Translations under genes and position numbers: made by a program
Shown here: positions 22,105 to 32,000 of the stretch, in pieces
How the letters are laid out: every line of letters starts with the position of its first letter
Position numbering within the stretch: position 1 is the first letter of the stretch
DNA from: Zygophlyctis sp. KS116
Lineage: Eukaryota > Fungi > Chytridiomycota
Assembly (NCBI GenBank): GCA_054661495.1
Contig: BAAFSQ010000064.1
Coordinates: forward strand, 13,756 to 45,755
Length of the DNA stretch: 32,000 bases
Direction: 5' to 3'
Notes under the pieces: model-generated
The model's database searches: none
What the model was told of the DNA's origin: nothing
What the model saw: the letters and a program-made list of their open reading frames with translations, nothing else

Positions 22105-23190
22105 TTTTAATTTTTTTCATGCAGTTTATCAGCAAATGTAGATAGAGCGACATTGTTTCTTCTAGCTTCCAGTAGTCCTATGGCTTCTTCACCTAACCCT
22201 TTAATTTAAGTCTAATTTTTCTGCGTCTAGATTACATCTTTTTGTCCTGTTTGTCCCTCCATTCATTTCCATAATTTTCTATCAAGTGTTTTATGCTGGG
22301 TCGACCATCACACCCTACAAACCACTTTTTAAATAACATTTCCACAGTATTAACAACTGAAAAATGCGCCAATCTATGAAATGGCACAATTATTTTTTTT
22401 TGTTGGGGGGACTCCTTTTGCGGGGTGACAGGAGAAGTCTCGATTTCTTCTTCAGAATACAATCCTGAAAAACTGCCGGCCGCGTTTTGAAATGCATTAT
22501 AAATCCTATTATATTACATAATTGAAAATGTTTTACCATGTCTTTTCATTGAGTTTTCCGACAATCCAGCTCTTGTGCAAACTGAAACCGCTATGTCCCG
22601 CCCAAGGTGCGTTTTCTTAGAACCATTTATAGTGAAGTTGGTAAATGCATCTAATGCATTTTGTCGTTGTTCTACATATGTTATTCCACCGTCATTTCGT
22701 CTGATTTATTATACCAATGCGCACCACTCCACATACTTATGCCTGTTAAATTATTTTTTTGGTCGGTACTTACCTTATAATACCAACAGATAATACTCTT
22801 TCAAAATGGTTGGTCTTTGATTGATTTATAGTAAAACGTAGGGCTAATACATTTGGGTTATATGGCGATACTTGTTCAGCAATCACTTCTGAAAACCTGA
22901 GCCCTCGTGTAATTTGAGACCTAGCCATTAAAGAGTGCAGCATGAGCTGGTCTAATCTATCTGCAATTCCTATCGCTTGATTTTTTGAATCTTTTAACGC
23001 AACGTATTTCGCATTCCACATATATATTGATACAATGATAATATCACTTGCAGTATTTTTTAATCGATCAGCGAATGATTCATCTTCTAACCTTTATATC
23101 GATTTTGGATTATTGTTCCAACATCAATTTGTTTAAGAGAGATGACAGTAGTTCTTTTGAAATCTTTTGGTATATTTTTAACATAAGCGA
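22105..23190 (-). mobile_element. Crypton-type (tyrosine recombinase NDC10_II + GCR1_C) transposon remnant
   Basis: Recombinase core LMARSQITRGLRFSE..LRFTINQSKTNHF and GSKKTHLGR. GCR1_C-like TVEMLFKKWFVGCDGRPSIKHLIENYGNEWR..SRRRK. Contains frameshifts, stops and deletions. Confidence 0.8.
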
Positions 23191-23318
23191 CCCTAATAAT
23201 CTACCCTGAATACAATGCTTATGCTTAAAAAAAAAGAAAAAAAAATTAAGTCAGATCACAGCCCACTGACTACAAATTCCAAGAGATTAACAGTCGAGAG
23301 AAGAATATAAGAAATGCT

Positions 23319-23560
23319 ATGATGAATTCAAGCGTTAATGTTACAATTCTGACCAATCAAAATGGTCATAGATGGATACAAGATGTCACATCAGCTTTCT
23401 ATGGTTCTCCGGGTAGGATTTTAGAAACTGCTGTTGGGCAGCCTGCACCAAGTCCAGATGCTAGAATTGAAGATAATGAAAAAAAATTGTCCGAATGGGT
23501 CATGAAGGATGATCTAGCGTATCCCTTCATTAATATCATTGAACGTGAGTTAGGGTTAAA
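23319..23560 (+). mobile_element. Copia gag N-terminal fragment
   Basis: LTNQNGHRWIQDV..EWVMKDDLAYPFI fits the L..N..W / W...D..A...I pattern of copia gag. Confidence 0.45.
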
Positions 23561-24519
23561 AATAATTGTTTTCTGGGGCTACTTGAGCTAAAGTTTTTTC
23601 GAAGCTAGTCTTTCACGCAATAGGTAGGGGTTCCAATTTCTAACCATGTAGACAAATTGTTATATCAGGTAACTAGTAACAGTGGTCGTAACCTTACACT
23701 TTTGCAACGAAACTCTAAGTTGTCCTTCCTATTAATGTCATTCAATGTTTTTGGTTAGATATTTATCAGGATCAACCCTAACTATTTTTGGCACGTATCA
23801 TGAGTTAAATCTGACTTTTGACGTTGAAGAATTGGGGGGATGAAGAACAATAAAATCTCATTATTTTTTATGTTCACCGATTACATACCGCAAAGAAAAG
23901 TATAGCCTGCCATCTGCTTTAATTTTTGAAGCATGTGAGCAATTCTTAGCATTTATATATATAAATTACCCAAAGCATGTTTTTCTTTTCCATCCTTGAT
24001 TAATATAGCAATTTGTACAAACCCTTATTTTCTAATAAATCATTTATTTATTATTATTATTTTATTTGATTCCTGTCTGTACTGGCGCTAGGATTCTACA
24101 TTCACTTTTCTGAGCTCTTTGACTGAATACCCAGCTTCTTGATGAGTGTTGAACTTTAATTTGAATTGTTTTTTTGAAACCTGACTTTTTCAGACCCAAT
24201 TTATCATTATTCTCCTCTTTTCTTGAGACCTGAGACTTTTCCAGACCCAATTTAACAATCTGTCAACTCTACTTAGATCAAGTGCTAGCCAGAGTCTGAT
24301 TAGATCTTCTGGAGAACAATTTGCACAATTCATTCAGTTTAACCCTTGACATCGCCTTCCCGGATTGATCACAACCCCGAAAGCCAGAGAGTATGGTATC
24401 CGACATACAACCAACCAGTTAATCTGTCAAAGATTTGTCCTGATTTATGTCAAGTTTTCTGGATTGCACATGTTCATACAAACTAAACGAATCCCTACAT
24501 CCAGCTTCATTCTCCATGC

Positions 24520-25230
24520 GAAATACATCTTTACATCAAAGACATTGCTCCTAGACCTTAACCTACTAACTTTCCCATTTTATCATATTTTTAAGAGAAT
24601 ATCCATCGACATTGTATTGTCCTAACACTTTTCTTAATAGGCAGTATCTCCCATGTATTTGCATTCGATATGGATGCCATTTCACGATATCTCGTGAGTT
24701 GACTGCATCATCATACGTTGTTGGACAATCTAGACCCATAGCAATACTAAAGCAAGACATAAATTCTGTATGACTAAATGACTCATTCTTAGGATTAGTC
24801 TATCTAGCCAACATGACCTGTGCATCAATTGTCGAGCCTCTTTCTACCTCTATGTGTCCTCTGCTTATTGCTTCATCTTATTTAGCCTCATCAACATTTT
24901 TAAGCTGATCTGCCTCTGAATTAGGTTTAACCGTAACTAACTAACCTACCGGAATCTGAATCACAGCTCAAAGCATATTTCAATAATCGAAAACACTCTA
25001 ATGTGGTCGATGACTTAAGATCCACATCATGAAAATGTAACCAGTGCTTGCATCAACACACTTAATATTGTAAGAAAACCAATCATGAGAAACTGATGGG
25101 AACGGTGTAGTGTCGGATTCTATTAATTCCAAGAGCTCGCAAGTTTTCTTCGATAATACTTTAGAACTTGAAACAGTCATTTTCCCTTTCAAACAGTCGT
25201 CACAAGTGGATATGCTCCCATTTTTATGCC
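24520..25230 (-). mobile_element. Internally deleted Ty1/copia integrase-RT fragment
   Basis: CDDCLKGKMT..LLELIESD..YNIKCVDASTGY and CPTTYDDAVNSRDIVKW. Confidence 0.75.
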
Positions 25231-26280
25231 ATATTGTATAAGATTTTATTTCGTCGGTTGGCCGCTTTTATAGTCGAACATGAAACATCTAGAACCTTCC
25301 TTTCGTATCAGACTACATCCCCCTTCCATATAACATAAAACTATGATTAGGGGTTCATCATGACACTACTCTGGTTGAGTTCCCGATTCCAACGCTCCAC
25401 CCGAACTCAGCATGATCTCGTCTCTGAACTTCGTCCCATCCAATGCCTTTGCAAATATATCCGCAACATTTTCTCTCGTTTCTGTATACTTAAATTTGAT
25501 TGATCCATCAATTAAATGCGCTTGTAGAAATGCCAATTTTGCTCCCAGATGCTTTGTTCCTTCTCTTAGCGATTCTTTATCTGTTAATTTAATTAATGAT
25601 TGGTTATCTTCATTTATCATTATGGGTTGTTTGACTTTCATCCCAAGATTTTCCAATATTCCTCGAATCCATAGAACTTCCTTCAAACATTAGATGAATT
25701 TCCGCTTGGCATGATGATGTCCCTGATCCAACACTCTGTTTCTTACTCTTCCAATGAATTAGGTGACCATTTAAGAATATGTATAATCCTGTTGTAGATG
25801 TCAATGATCCATCCTCTCCCAAATACGATGCATCCACGTACGCTTCCAAAACCATAGTCTGGACTTATTACTGCCTTTCTGTATACCAATCCCAATTCTT
25901 TACTATGAGATAAGTAGCTAAGCACTCTTCTAGCACAATTCCAAAGTGCCAATGTTGGCTTATTAGCAAACCTTGATAAATATGAGTATGCATATTGAAT
26001 ATCTGCTCTTGTTTGCTTAGCAGCATATCATAAAGCCCCAATTATGCTTAAGTATTTATCGCCTATAAATTCTGGACTATCTTTCCCCGAGAAACCTTTC
26101 ACTATTGGGGTTGCTACCTTTTTACTATTATCTAATTCAAATAATTTTGCCTTGTCGATAATTTATTGCTCCTGATTCAATATTATATGATCTTGTATCT
26201 TAATAAGTATTTCATCCACAGGACCTTTCGTAATTTGGAACCTTGATTCCAACAGTTGTTTCCCATGATTGATCTAGAAT
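25230..26280 (-). mobile_element. Ty1/copia RT-RNase H 3' end with polypurine tract and partial LTR
   Basis: YLSIIGAL, RRVLSYLSHSKELGLVY, EAYVDASY, IHWKSKKQ, EDNQSLI, TKHL and ENVADIFAKAL. A purine-rich GAGTTCGGGTGGAG is followed by non-coding sequence from ~25393 downward. Confidence 0.88.
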
Positions 26281-26367
26281 TCTTGGTTGGCTTGTCTTTG
26301 GAATAGCTAAATCGATTGTTCGAGTTGATAATAAAGCTTACCTTTTTCTAAAACGTTATTAGCACCA

Positions 26368-27165
26368 TGGCTCAATCTACTGCTTCCTCAACCGAAACTC
26401 CTACTTCTTCTATCAAGTCATCCTTTGTGATCGAACCCAAACTATCCGGCCCGGGAAACATTTTTCCAATGGAAGTTTATGTTTAAGATCGCTCTCCAAG
26501 CCTCTAATCTTTGAGACACTGATGACTCTCCAAAGAATGACCCATTCTCTTTTTTGGCAATTACTTCAAATGTCACTGAAGGAGTGAGATCTTTTCTTAT
26601 TGATGCAACCTCAGCGAAAACAATATCCTCCTGGCTCTACAGCTGCTGCTCCCCTTAGCCCACCTCCTACTATTCTACAGACCCCTTCGAACAATACAGC
26701 CTTAGTCAATCCTATTCCTTTCGATACAGAATCCTCTGAAGCTGATCCCTCTATCTCTCCTCTCACTTCCTAATGGCTCGTATTGGCAGGCTCCTCTTGC
26801 CTCCAGAAGAGCCAATCTAGCAAATGCGCCAATAGTCCCCCTAACGTATGCTGCAACACAGAAGCTACCAATTGAGGAAAGAATGAAAAAGGATGCTGCT
26901 ATCGCTGCAGAAGTACGCAGCCTAACAGGCCGGAAGACGTTCACTGTTATTGATAAAGTCTCTAGTTCAATCAACCTTGTTGACAGTAAGTGGGTGTTTA
27001 AAATCAAATACCATACAAATGTCCTAGTTGACGAATATAAAGCTCGTTTGTGTGCGCGCGGGTTAACTCAGCAACCAGGATTAGATTTTGATGATACATG
27101 GGCTCCCACTGGCAAATACAATATTCTACGCCTATTTATCTCCCTTTCAGCTTATTACGACTTAA
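26368..27165 (+). mobile_element. Internally deleted Ty1/copia (gag joined to RT)
   Basis: Gag PKLSGPGN..WKFMFKIALQASNL*. RT VDSKWVFKIK..YKARLCARGLTQQPGLDFDDTWAP. Protease and most of integrase are missing. Confidence 0.85.
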
Positions 27166-27189
27166 TGTCCACTTCACAAAATCAACTAC

Positions 27190-27530
27190 GAATATATTTA
27201 ATGCGAAAATGTTTTATACCTTTTGGGATTTGCTGATGCGAATTGGGCTTATTTAGAATTATTAGACGTGTCAAGTAAACCTTAACGAATTTCTGAATCA
27301 TCTAAAGATTATAGGACATTCATCTCACCTTTCGGAATTTTGATGTTATGCCGTTTGGTTTAACCAACGCACCTGCCCATTTCTACAGAGTAATGAACCG
27401 AATCTTTCATGATTATTTGTTTTTATTTATCTGGATGATCTTTGCGTTCTGTCTCACACTTTTAAGGACCACATCGAACATTTAAAGTTACTATTTAGTC
27501 GTTTACGAGATTGGGGCATCTCAATTCTTT
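27190..27530 (+). mobile_element. Ty3/gypsy reverse transcriptase fragment
   Basis: TFISPFG, MPFGLTNAPAHFYRVMNRIF, YLDDLCV and HIEHLKLLFSRLR. Confidence 0.88.
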
Positions 27531-27643
27531 TTAATGATTGTTGTGCTAAATCGCTACCAAACTTCAGTTGTTTTAAAAATAGTAAGAATCGGGTAAATAT
27601 CGGCGAATTAACGAGAAACTGATATGTAGGATAGGAGGAGTGG

Positions 27644-27861
27644 CAGAATATCAACTTGGTCTCAATTCTCAAATTATCCTACAAATCACAGCAGCTGTAA
27701 ATTTATTAATCAAACACAAATTCTCAATCAATGTATCAAATATTACTATAAAATTTATTCAATTGGGGATGAATTTACTCTGAATACAATGCTTATGCTT
27801 TATTGCTTGCATTTTATAGCTGCTGTTATTTGTAGGAAAATTTGACCAAGTTGATATACTG
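27644..27861. mobile_element. MITE (~220 bp) with ~50 bp terminal inverted repeats, Tc1/mariner/pogo-like CAG(T) ends
   Basis: Left end CAGAATATCAACTTGGTC[9-nt insertion]AAATTATCCTACAAATCACAGCAGCTGTAAA matches the reverse complement of the right end, CAGTATATCAACTTGGTCAAATTTTCCTACAAATAACAGCAGCTATAAA. AT-rich non-coding core; no clean TA TSD. Confidence 0.75.
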
Positions 27862-28789
27862 TCAACAACAAAGTAAAGAATTATTTCAGTAATCTAGCCA
27901 TAGTAATTGCCTCAGGTTCCATGTCTGGCCTCAGCAGTGTTTCTGATTGGCTTGGGTCCAGGATGAAAGGTATATTGTCCTTTGGCATCCATTCGGAATA
28001 TTCTAAAATATCTCCTAATTTAGGTCCATCTTCCTTATTATATCGTATTATGTCTGCCAAAAATCGTGTATAATTTCAGTATAGTACGATTTGTATTTTG
28101 GTATGTTCATTTTCCAGAAGGTTTTATATTGGAATAAAGAATAGTTGCTTGATGTCTGGAAGATTAGTCTTTTAACGTCTGGCCATTTCATTTCAGCACT
28201 AGACACTTGCGCCATCATTTTCTCTAATCAATGTATTTTGCCTTCCCCTTTTAGTGTGTTAGATTTTCCAGAATTTGTAAACTTTAGCATTCCCCAAATG
28301 TTACAGGTGCCTGCATACATATTATCTTCTTCTTCCAATTCATCGTAAAAATTCGCATCCTGTAACTATTTATAGAGTGACAGAAAGGTGGCGAATCAGT
28401 TCTGGAACCCTACACCATCCAATAAATATTAAGGATGGTAAATTTATTTCTAGAGGGTTTAGGTTATGGCTGTGCTGAAGGAACTCTGTCCAATCAACGT
28501 GTCGCATTCAAGTTTAAGCATTCGAATACTTCGAGTGAAAAGCAGGTATTCTTTGAGTCAATTTAGTAAAGGTACCTGAAACCATAACAGATCAAAATTA
28601 TGTGTTAGTGGAAGGTGATTACTCAAAATTTCTTCTGTTCATTACGCTTAGTTTTAGTGGAATGTCCTTGTCTCCTAAATGTCGTAAAAAACATACATTC
28701 CTTCTACAGTTTATCTGCCTGCCCTGTTGAGCGGTTGATAAACAGAAAATCAGAAACCCATTAAAAGGTTTCCAAGGTAATCGTTCCTT

Positions 28790-28912
28790 GCAAGACTCCA
28801 CCAACTCTTATACGCACAATTTCAAAGTATTAGTAAAAAGTCGATCAGTGAAAGACATCTCTCCGGATATAAAAGAAACCTGTTCAGCCTGTGCGATTAC
28901 AAAGTTAACAAA
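28790..28912 (+). mobile_element. Copia GAG-pre-integrase zinc-finger fragment
   Basis: ARLH.. (frameshift) VKSRSVKDI..CSACAITKLTK. Confidence 0.55.
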
Positions 28913-29015
28913 ATTCTCAAGATTTTTGACCCTTTTTTTTCGAGATTTTTGGCAAAATTTTCGTCCAAAAAAAGCACCTCTTGCGGTTGCTTTTTATTTA
29001 TAAATCCCGCTTTCC

Positions 29016-29897
29016 ATGGCGAACAAAGAAAACAAAGAAGAACGAGAACGTACTCCTCATACGACTGATGCCCAACGTGCTTTAATTGTGGAGTGTTTGA
29101 GCGTGCCTTATAATTTTGCTTTAATTACGGGTTCTGCAGCTCATAACTCTAGAGTACAGTCAGGCAAGAAGCTGACGAAAACTGCCGGATATGCTGAGCT
29201 AGCTGATTATGTAAATAAGAAAAGCAAGGTACTATGGTGGACTGCTCAACAAGCTAAAGGCAGGTTTGAAGCCTACCTAAAAATCTATAAACAAGCCATA
29301 TCTAAAATAGCAGGGACTGGCTTTGGAGTAACTGAAGAAGACATATCGTGTGGAATCTATAACTTAAGCGAAAAGTGCGAGTTACTTATCTTCTATCTTA
29401 AATTAAAGAATATATGTCCTTATTTTGAGAAAATGGACAGTCTTTTTGGTGGGCGTCAGAATATTTGTCCGTCTCACACTATGCAGAGCACTGGAATAGA
29501 AGTAAATCTTGATGAATCTCTCCAAGACTCTGTTGCGGATTTTCTCAGCCTAATTGATAATGACTCGCAGGAGGTATCTCCTGTTTCTTTAAAGGATGCA
29601 AAGAATATTATACAGATGAGAAAGAGATCGTCTTCATTTTCTGATGCTTCTTCTGTGTCGCAGTCGCAGACACCTGTAAAGAAGGCGGATGTCAAAAAGA
29701 TGGACATTGCCAGCACATTTGCTGAGGCATCAAGAGAGCGATTGCTCCTAGAAAAGGAAAGGATTGAAAATGAAAAAGAGAATGCGAGGCAGACTGCGAA
29801 ATCCTCGTAAGCAACGCAGACCACGCTTGCCTTGATTGCACAAGGAAAAAGCGCAGAGGAGATTAAAGACTTCCTTATGATTCTGGGCCTTTTCTAA
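29016..29897 (+). pseudogene. Harbinger accessory (Myb/SANT-like DNA-binding) ORF with a premature stop
   Basis: K..GYAELADYVN..W, TGFGVTEED and CPYFEKMDSLFGGRQN. The in-frame TAA at 29808-29810 is followed by continued coding, LIAQGKSAEEIKDFL, to TAA at 29895-29897. Confidence 0.78.
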
Positions 29898-30004
29898 TAA
29901 ACATTATTAGTTTTTATTATTAGTTTTGCTCAGATTCAGACAGTTTCCAATTCCTTCTCATTTAAAACTAGTTCAAATACCTGGTCCAACTACTCCAATA
30001 GTCT

Positions 30005-31258
30005 TTAGTTAGTCTTACTTAAAATAATTTCCTTGATTCTCTTTCGTAGCTCGTTTCCCCCTATTAGTTCTGGACCTTCAGTATCGTTAGATACACCTTG
30101 ATCTTCTTCATATTCTTCTGTCCATGCATCGTTGCAATAAATCAATATATTGTGCAATACTAGAATAGATGTAATCATTTGATTAGTTAAATCAATGTCT
30201 CCCGCTTTCTTAATCTGTGTACGAATTCCATTCAAACAAGACCATCGAGACTTCAGAATTCCATTTACATGCTCGATTTTCACTCGCATAGCAGATATTA
30301 CTTGGTTAAATTTATCGTTGTCTGGTGTTTGGGCGGATTGTCCTTTGAATGGGGGCAGCATCCAGTAGCTAGATTGATAGGCACTATCGCCAATAATATA
30401 TTGGCCTTTGCTAAAATAGCTTTGGGGCATTGAAGCAATATCGGATTTTCCAAAAACCTAACTGAACCCGGCCATCCAAGAATATATGCCCGTATTCTAC
30501 GCATGTCGTCGCATACTAATTGAACGTTGAAGGCATAGCGTTTCTTTCGGTTGAAGTAGGTCTCCCCATCAATGTGCGGGCGTTCATCCAAAATAACATC
30601 AGTACCGTCCACATAACCCACTCAATCCGGGACGCCGTACTCTGCTTCAATCCTAGCAGCCATCTCTCCCCGTTCAGCTACGTTAGGCCATTTGATAAAC
30701 CTTGAATTTTCAACTTTTTTAATAAACCTTGAAGACAAAGAATTTATAGCAGCAATCACTCGTACAATACAATGTCACAGTCCCATTGCCTATTCCCTTG
30801 GCTCTGGCGATTCTTCCAACCGAGGCACCGTTGCCGTGACACCCAAATCTCTCAAATGCCACTGCCATATGCACTTCAACATCAACATGGGGATTCCGAG
30901 AGTTGTTCTTAAACACTTGATGGTCTGAAATTAAAGAATGAATGAACAGAAAACTCTCCTTGTTCATTCGGAATTCCTGTTTAAAGTCTGCTTCAGGAAG
31001 CTCCCAAAGCAAGGCGCGATAACCAATACTTTTGGGTATCTTTGTAATCGGTTTCAAGTACCGGCTTGAGAGAATACAATTCTTTAATTCGATCAACTCA
31101 CATATATCATTGTCCAGCGTGTTAAAATTTGGGTCCCTAAAAGAATAAAGTGACTGCTCGAGTATCAGGTGCAAAAGAAGCTCGTCGATTTCAGTCAAAG
31201 AACTTTGGCGCTCAGAAATCTTACTACTGGAGTTTTTGCCCGAAAATTGACGTTTCAA
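30005..31258 (-). pseudogene. Harbinger/HARBI1-type DDE transposase (DDE_Tnp_4), frameshifted
   Basis: FKQEFRMNKESF, GYVDGT, YFNRKKRYAFNVQLVCD, GWPGSV, IIGDSAY, RVKIEHVNGILKSRW and LHN. Frameshifts near 30760 and 30450; the HD motif after WPGSV is deleted. Confidence 0.9.
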
Positions 31259-31360
31259 AGATGAGTCCCCAAGCCAAAAAAAAGCGAGAATTTTCGGTCA
31301 AAAAAATCGAGAATTTTATTTCGAAATTCTTCAACTTTGAAACGACAGATACTGGCCTCA

Positions 31361-31680
31361 ACGTCTATCGAAAATAATTCAATATTAGCAAGAGCTCAAG
31401 CTGTTTTCACTAGAAAAGTACCTCCCATTCTGTACAAAGCACGTCTTTGTATGAGAGGTGACCTAGAATCGAAGCACCTCAAACTACCATTGGAGGAGAC
31501 GATTTTAATGGTGGTTCGAACTGAAAATTTGAAATTATTTCTTTGTCTGATTCTAACTTTAAAGTGGAAATACGTTACAGTAGATGTCTCAACTGGTTTC
31601 TAAATTATACATTGAAATACCTGAAGGACATGAAGATTATCAAAATCGTTTAAAAACATATTTAAAAGTTACTAGAGCAC
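31361..31680 (+). mobile_element. Ty1/copia RT fragment
   Basis: VFTRK..YKARLCMRGD, VDVSTGF, LYIEIPEG and LKVTRAL. Confidence 0.75.
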
Positions 31681-31714
31681 TACTGTTGATGCACCAAAAC
31701 TCTGGAGTTACTTT

Positions 31715-31950
31715 TTCCCCTGCATATTCTTTAGGCAATTTTGACAGTAGAAATAAAGTGGCTAAATGGTGGACTTTTATTTCAGTTGAACCTCCTAGAG
31801 CAGCAACGAGCGATCTTTCAATTAGTTTGATGGATTCAATTAACTCCTCGATATTTTCGTCACATTCCAATAATACTAATGCTTTAACGCAGCTGACCTG
31901 ATTTGATACTGATTTTCCGGAAAAACAATACGAACAATAACTCTGTATAT
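31715..31950 (-). mobile_element. Copia gag (UBN2-like) fragment
   Basis: ENIEELIESIKLIERSL..LFLLSKLPKEY fits the gag LL..LP..Y motif. Confidence 0.6.
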
Positions 31951-32000
31951 CTAATTAAGTTCTACTAAAACAAGAAATAATATTGAAGATTAACAAGTTC

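Larger units (their letters stand above)
28910..31357. mobile_element. PIF/Harbinger DNA transposon, nearly complete and inactivated
   Basis: Two convergent ORFs (DNA-binding protein and DDE transposase). A 19/22 inverted repeat links 28910-28931 with 31296-31317. The probable right terminus is ...ATACTGGCC at 31357; the left terminus is uncertain. Confidence 0.85.

Noticed and set aside
24181-24254. Degenerate direct repeat GACTTTTT/CCAGACCCAATTTA (two copies)
   Set aside because: Only two short copies in decayed transposon sequence, with no further structure.
29377-29408. Intron in the Harbinger accessory ORF
   Set aside because: The composition is intron-like, but no GT/GC-AG pair preserves the frame, and the ORF reads through.
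29474-29824. 116-aa minus-strand ORF
   Set aside because: It is the antisense shadow of the Harbinger accessory ORF.
28884-31360. TCA...TCA as the Harbinger target-site duplication
   Set aside because: The left candidate lies within a copia CSACAITKLTK coding motif that continues past it, and the implied TIRs match poorly. Left unresolved.

Overview
This is AT-rich eukaryotic DNA, most likely from a chytrid fungus (inferred from gene content, including a fungal TOK channel, and from the tiny introns). It falls into two sharply different halves. Bases 1-17165 are an ultra-compact gene block of 11 genes: MMSDH, a CIP2A-like ARM/coiled-coil protein, a GT31 glycosyltransferase with a PAN domain, HAS1, DOMON-cytochrome b561, mitochondrial RsfS/MALSU1, CDADC1, a TOK K+ channel, NIC96, mitochondrial SerRS and an EFM3-like methyltransferase. 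Intergenic gaps are 2-211 bp. I traced 34 introns by hand, of which 32 are only 24-31 nt, including one GC-AG and one apparent GT-TG intron. The single long intron (179 nt, in HAS1) contains a well-formed H/ACA snoRNA candidate whose 3' pocket matches the LSU rRNA site equivalent to yeast Psi1042. Bases ~17200-32000 are a gene-free mosaic of degraded transposons: many Ty1/copia fragments in both orientations, a Ty3/gypsy RT piece, a Crypton remnant, a ~220 bp MITE and a nearly complete two-gene PIF/Harbinger element. Family assignments come from motifs recognised by eye; no searches were run.
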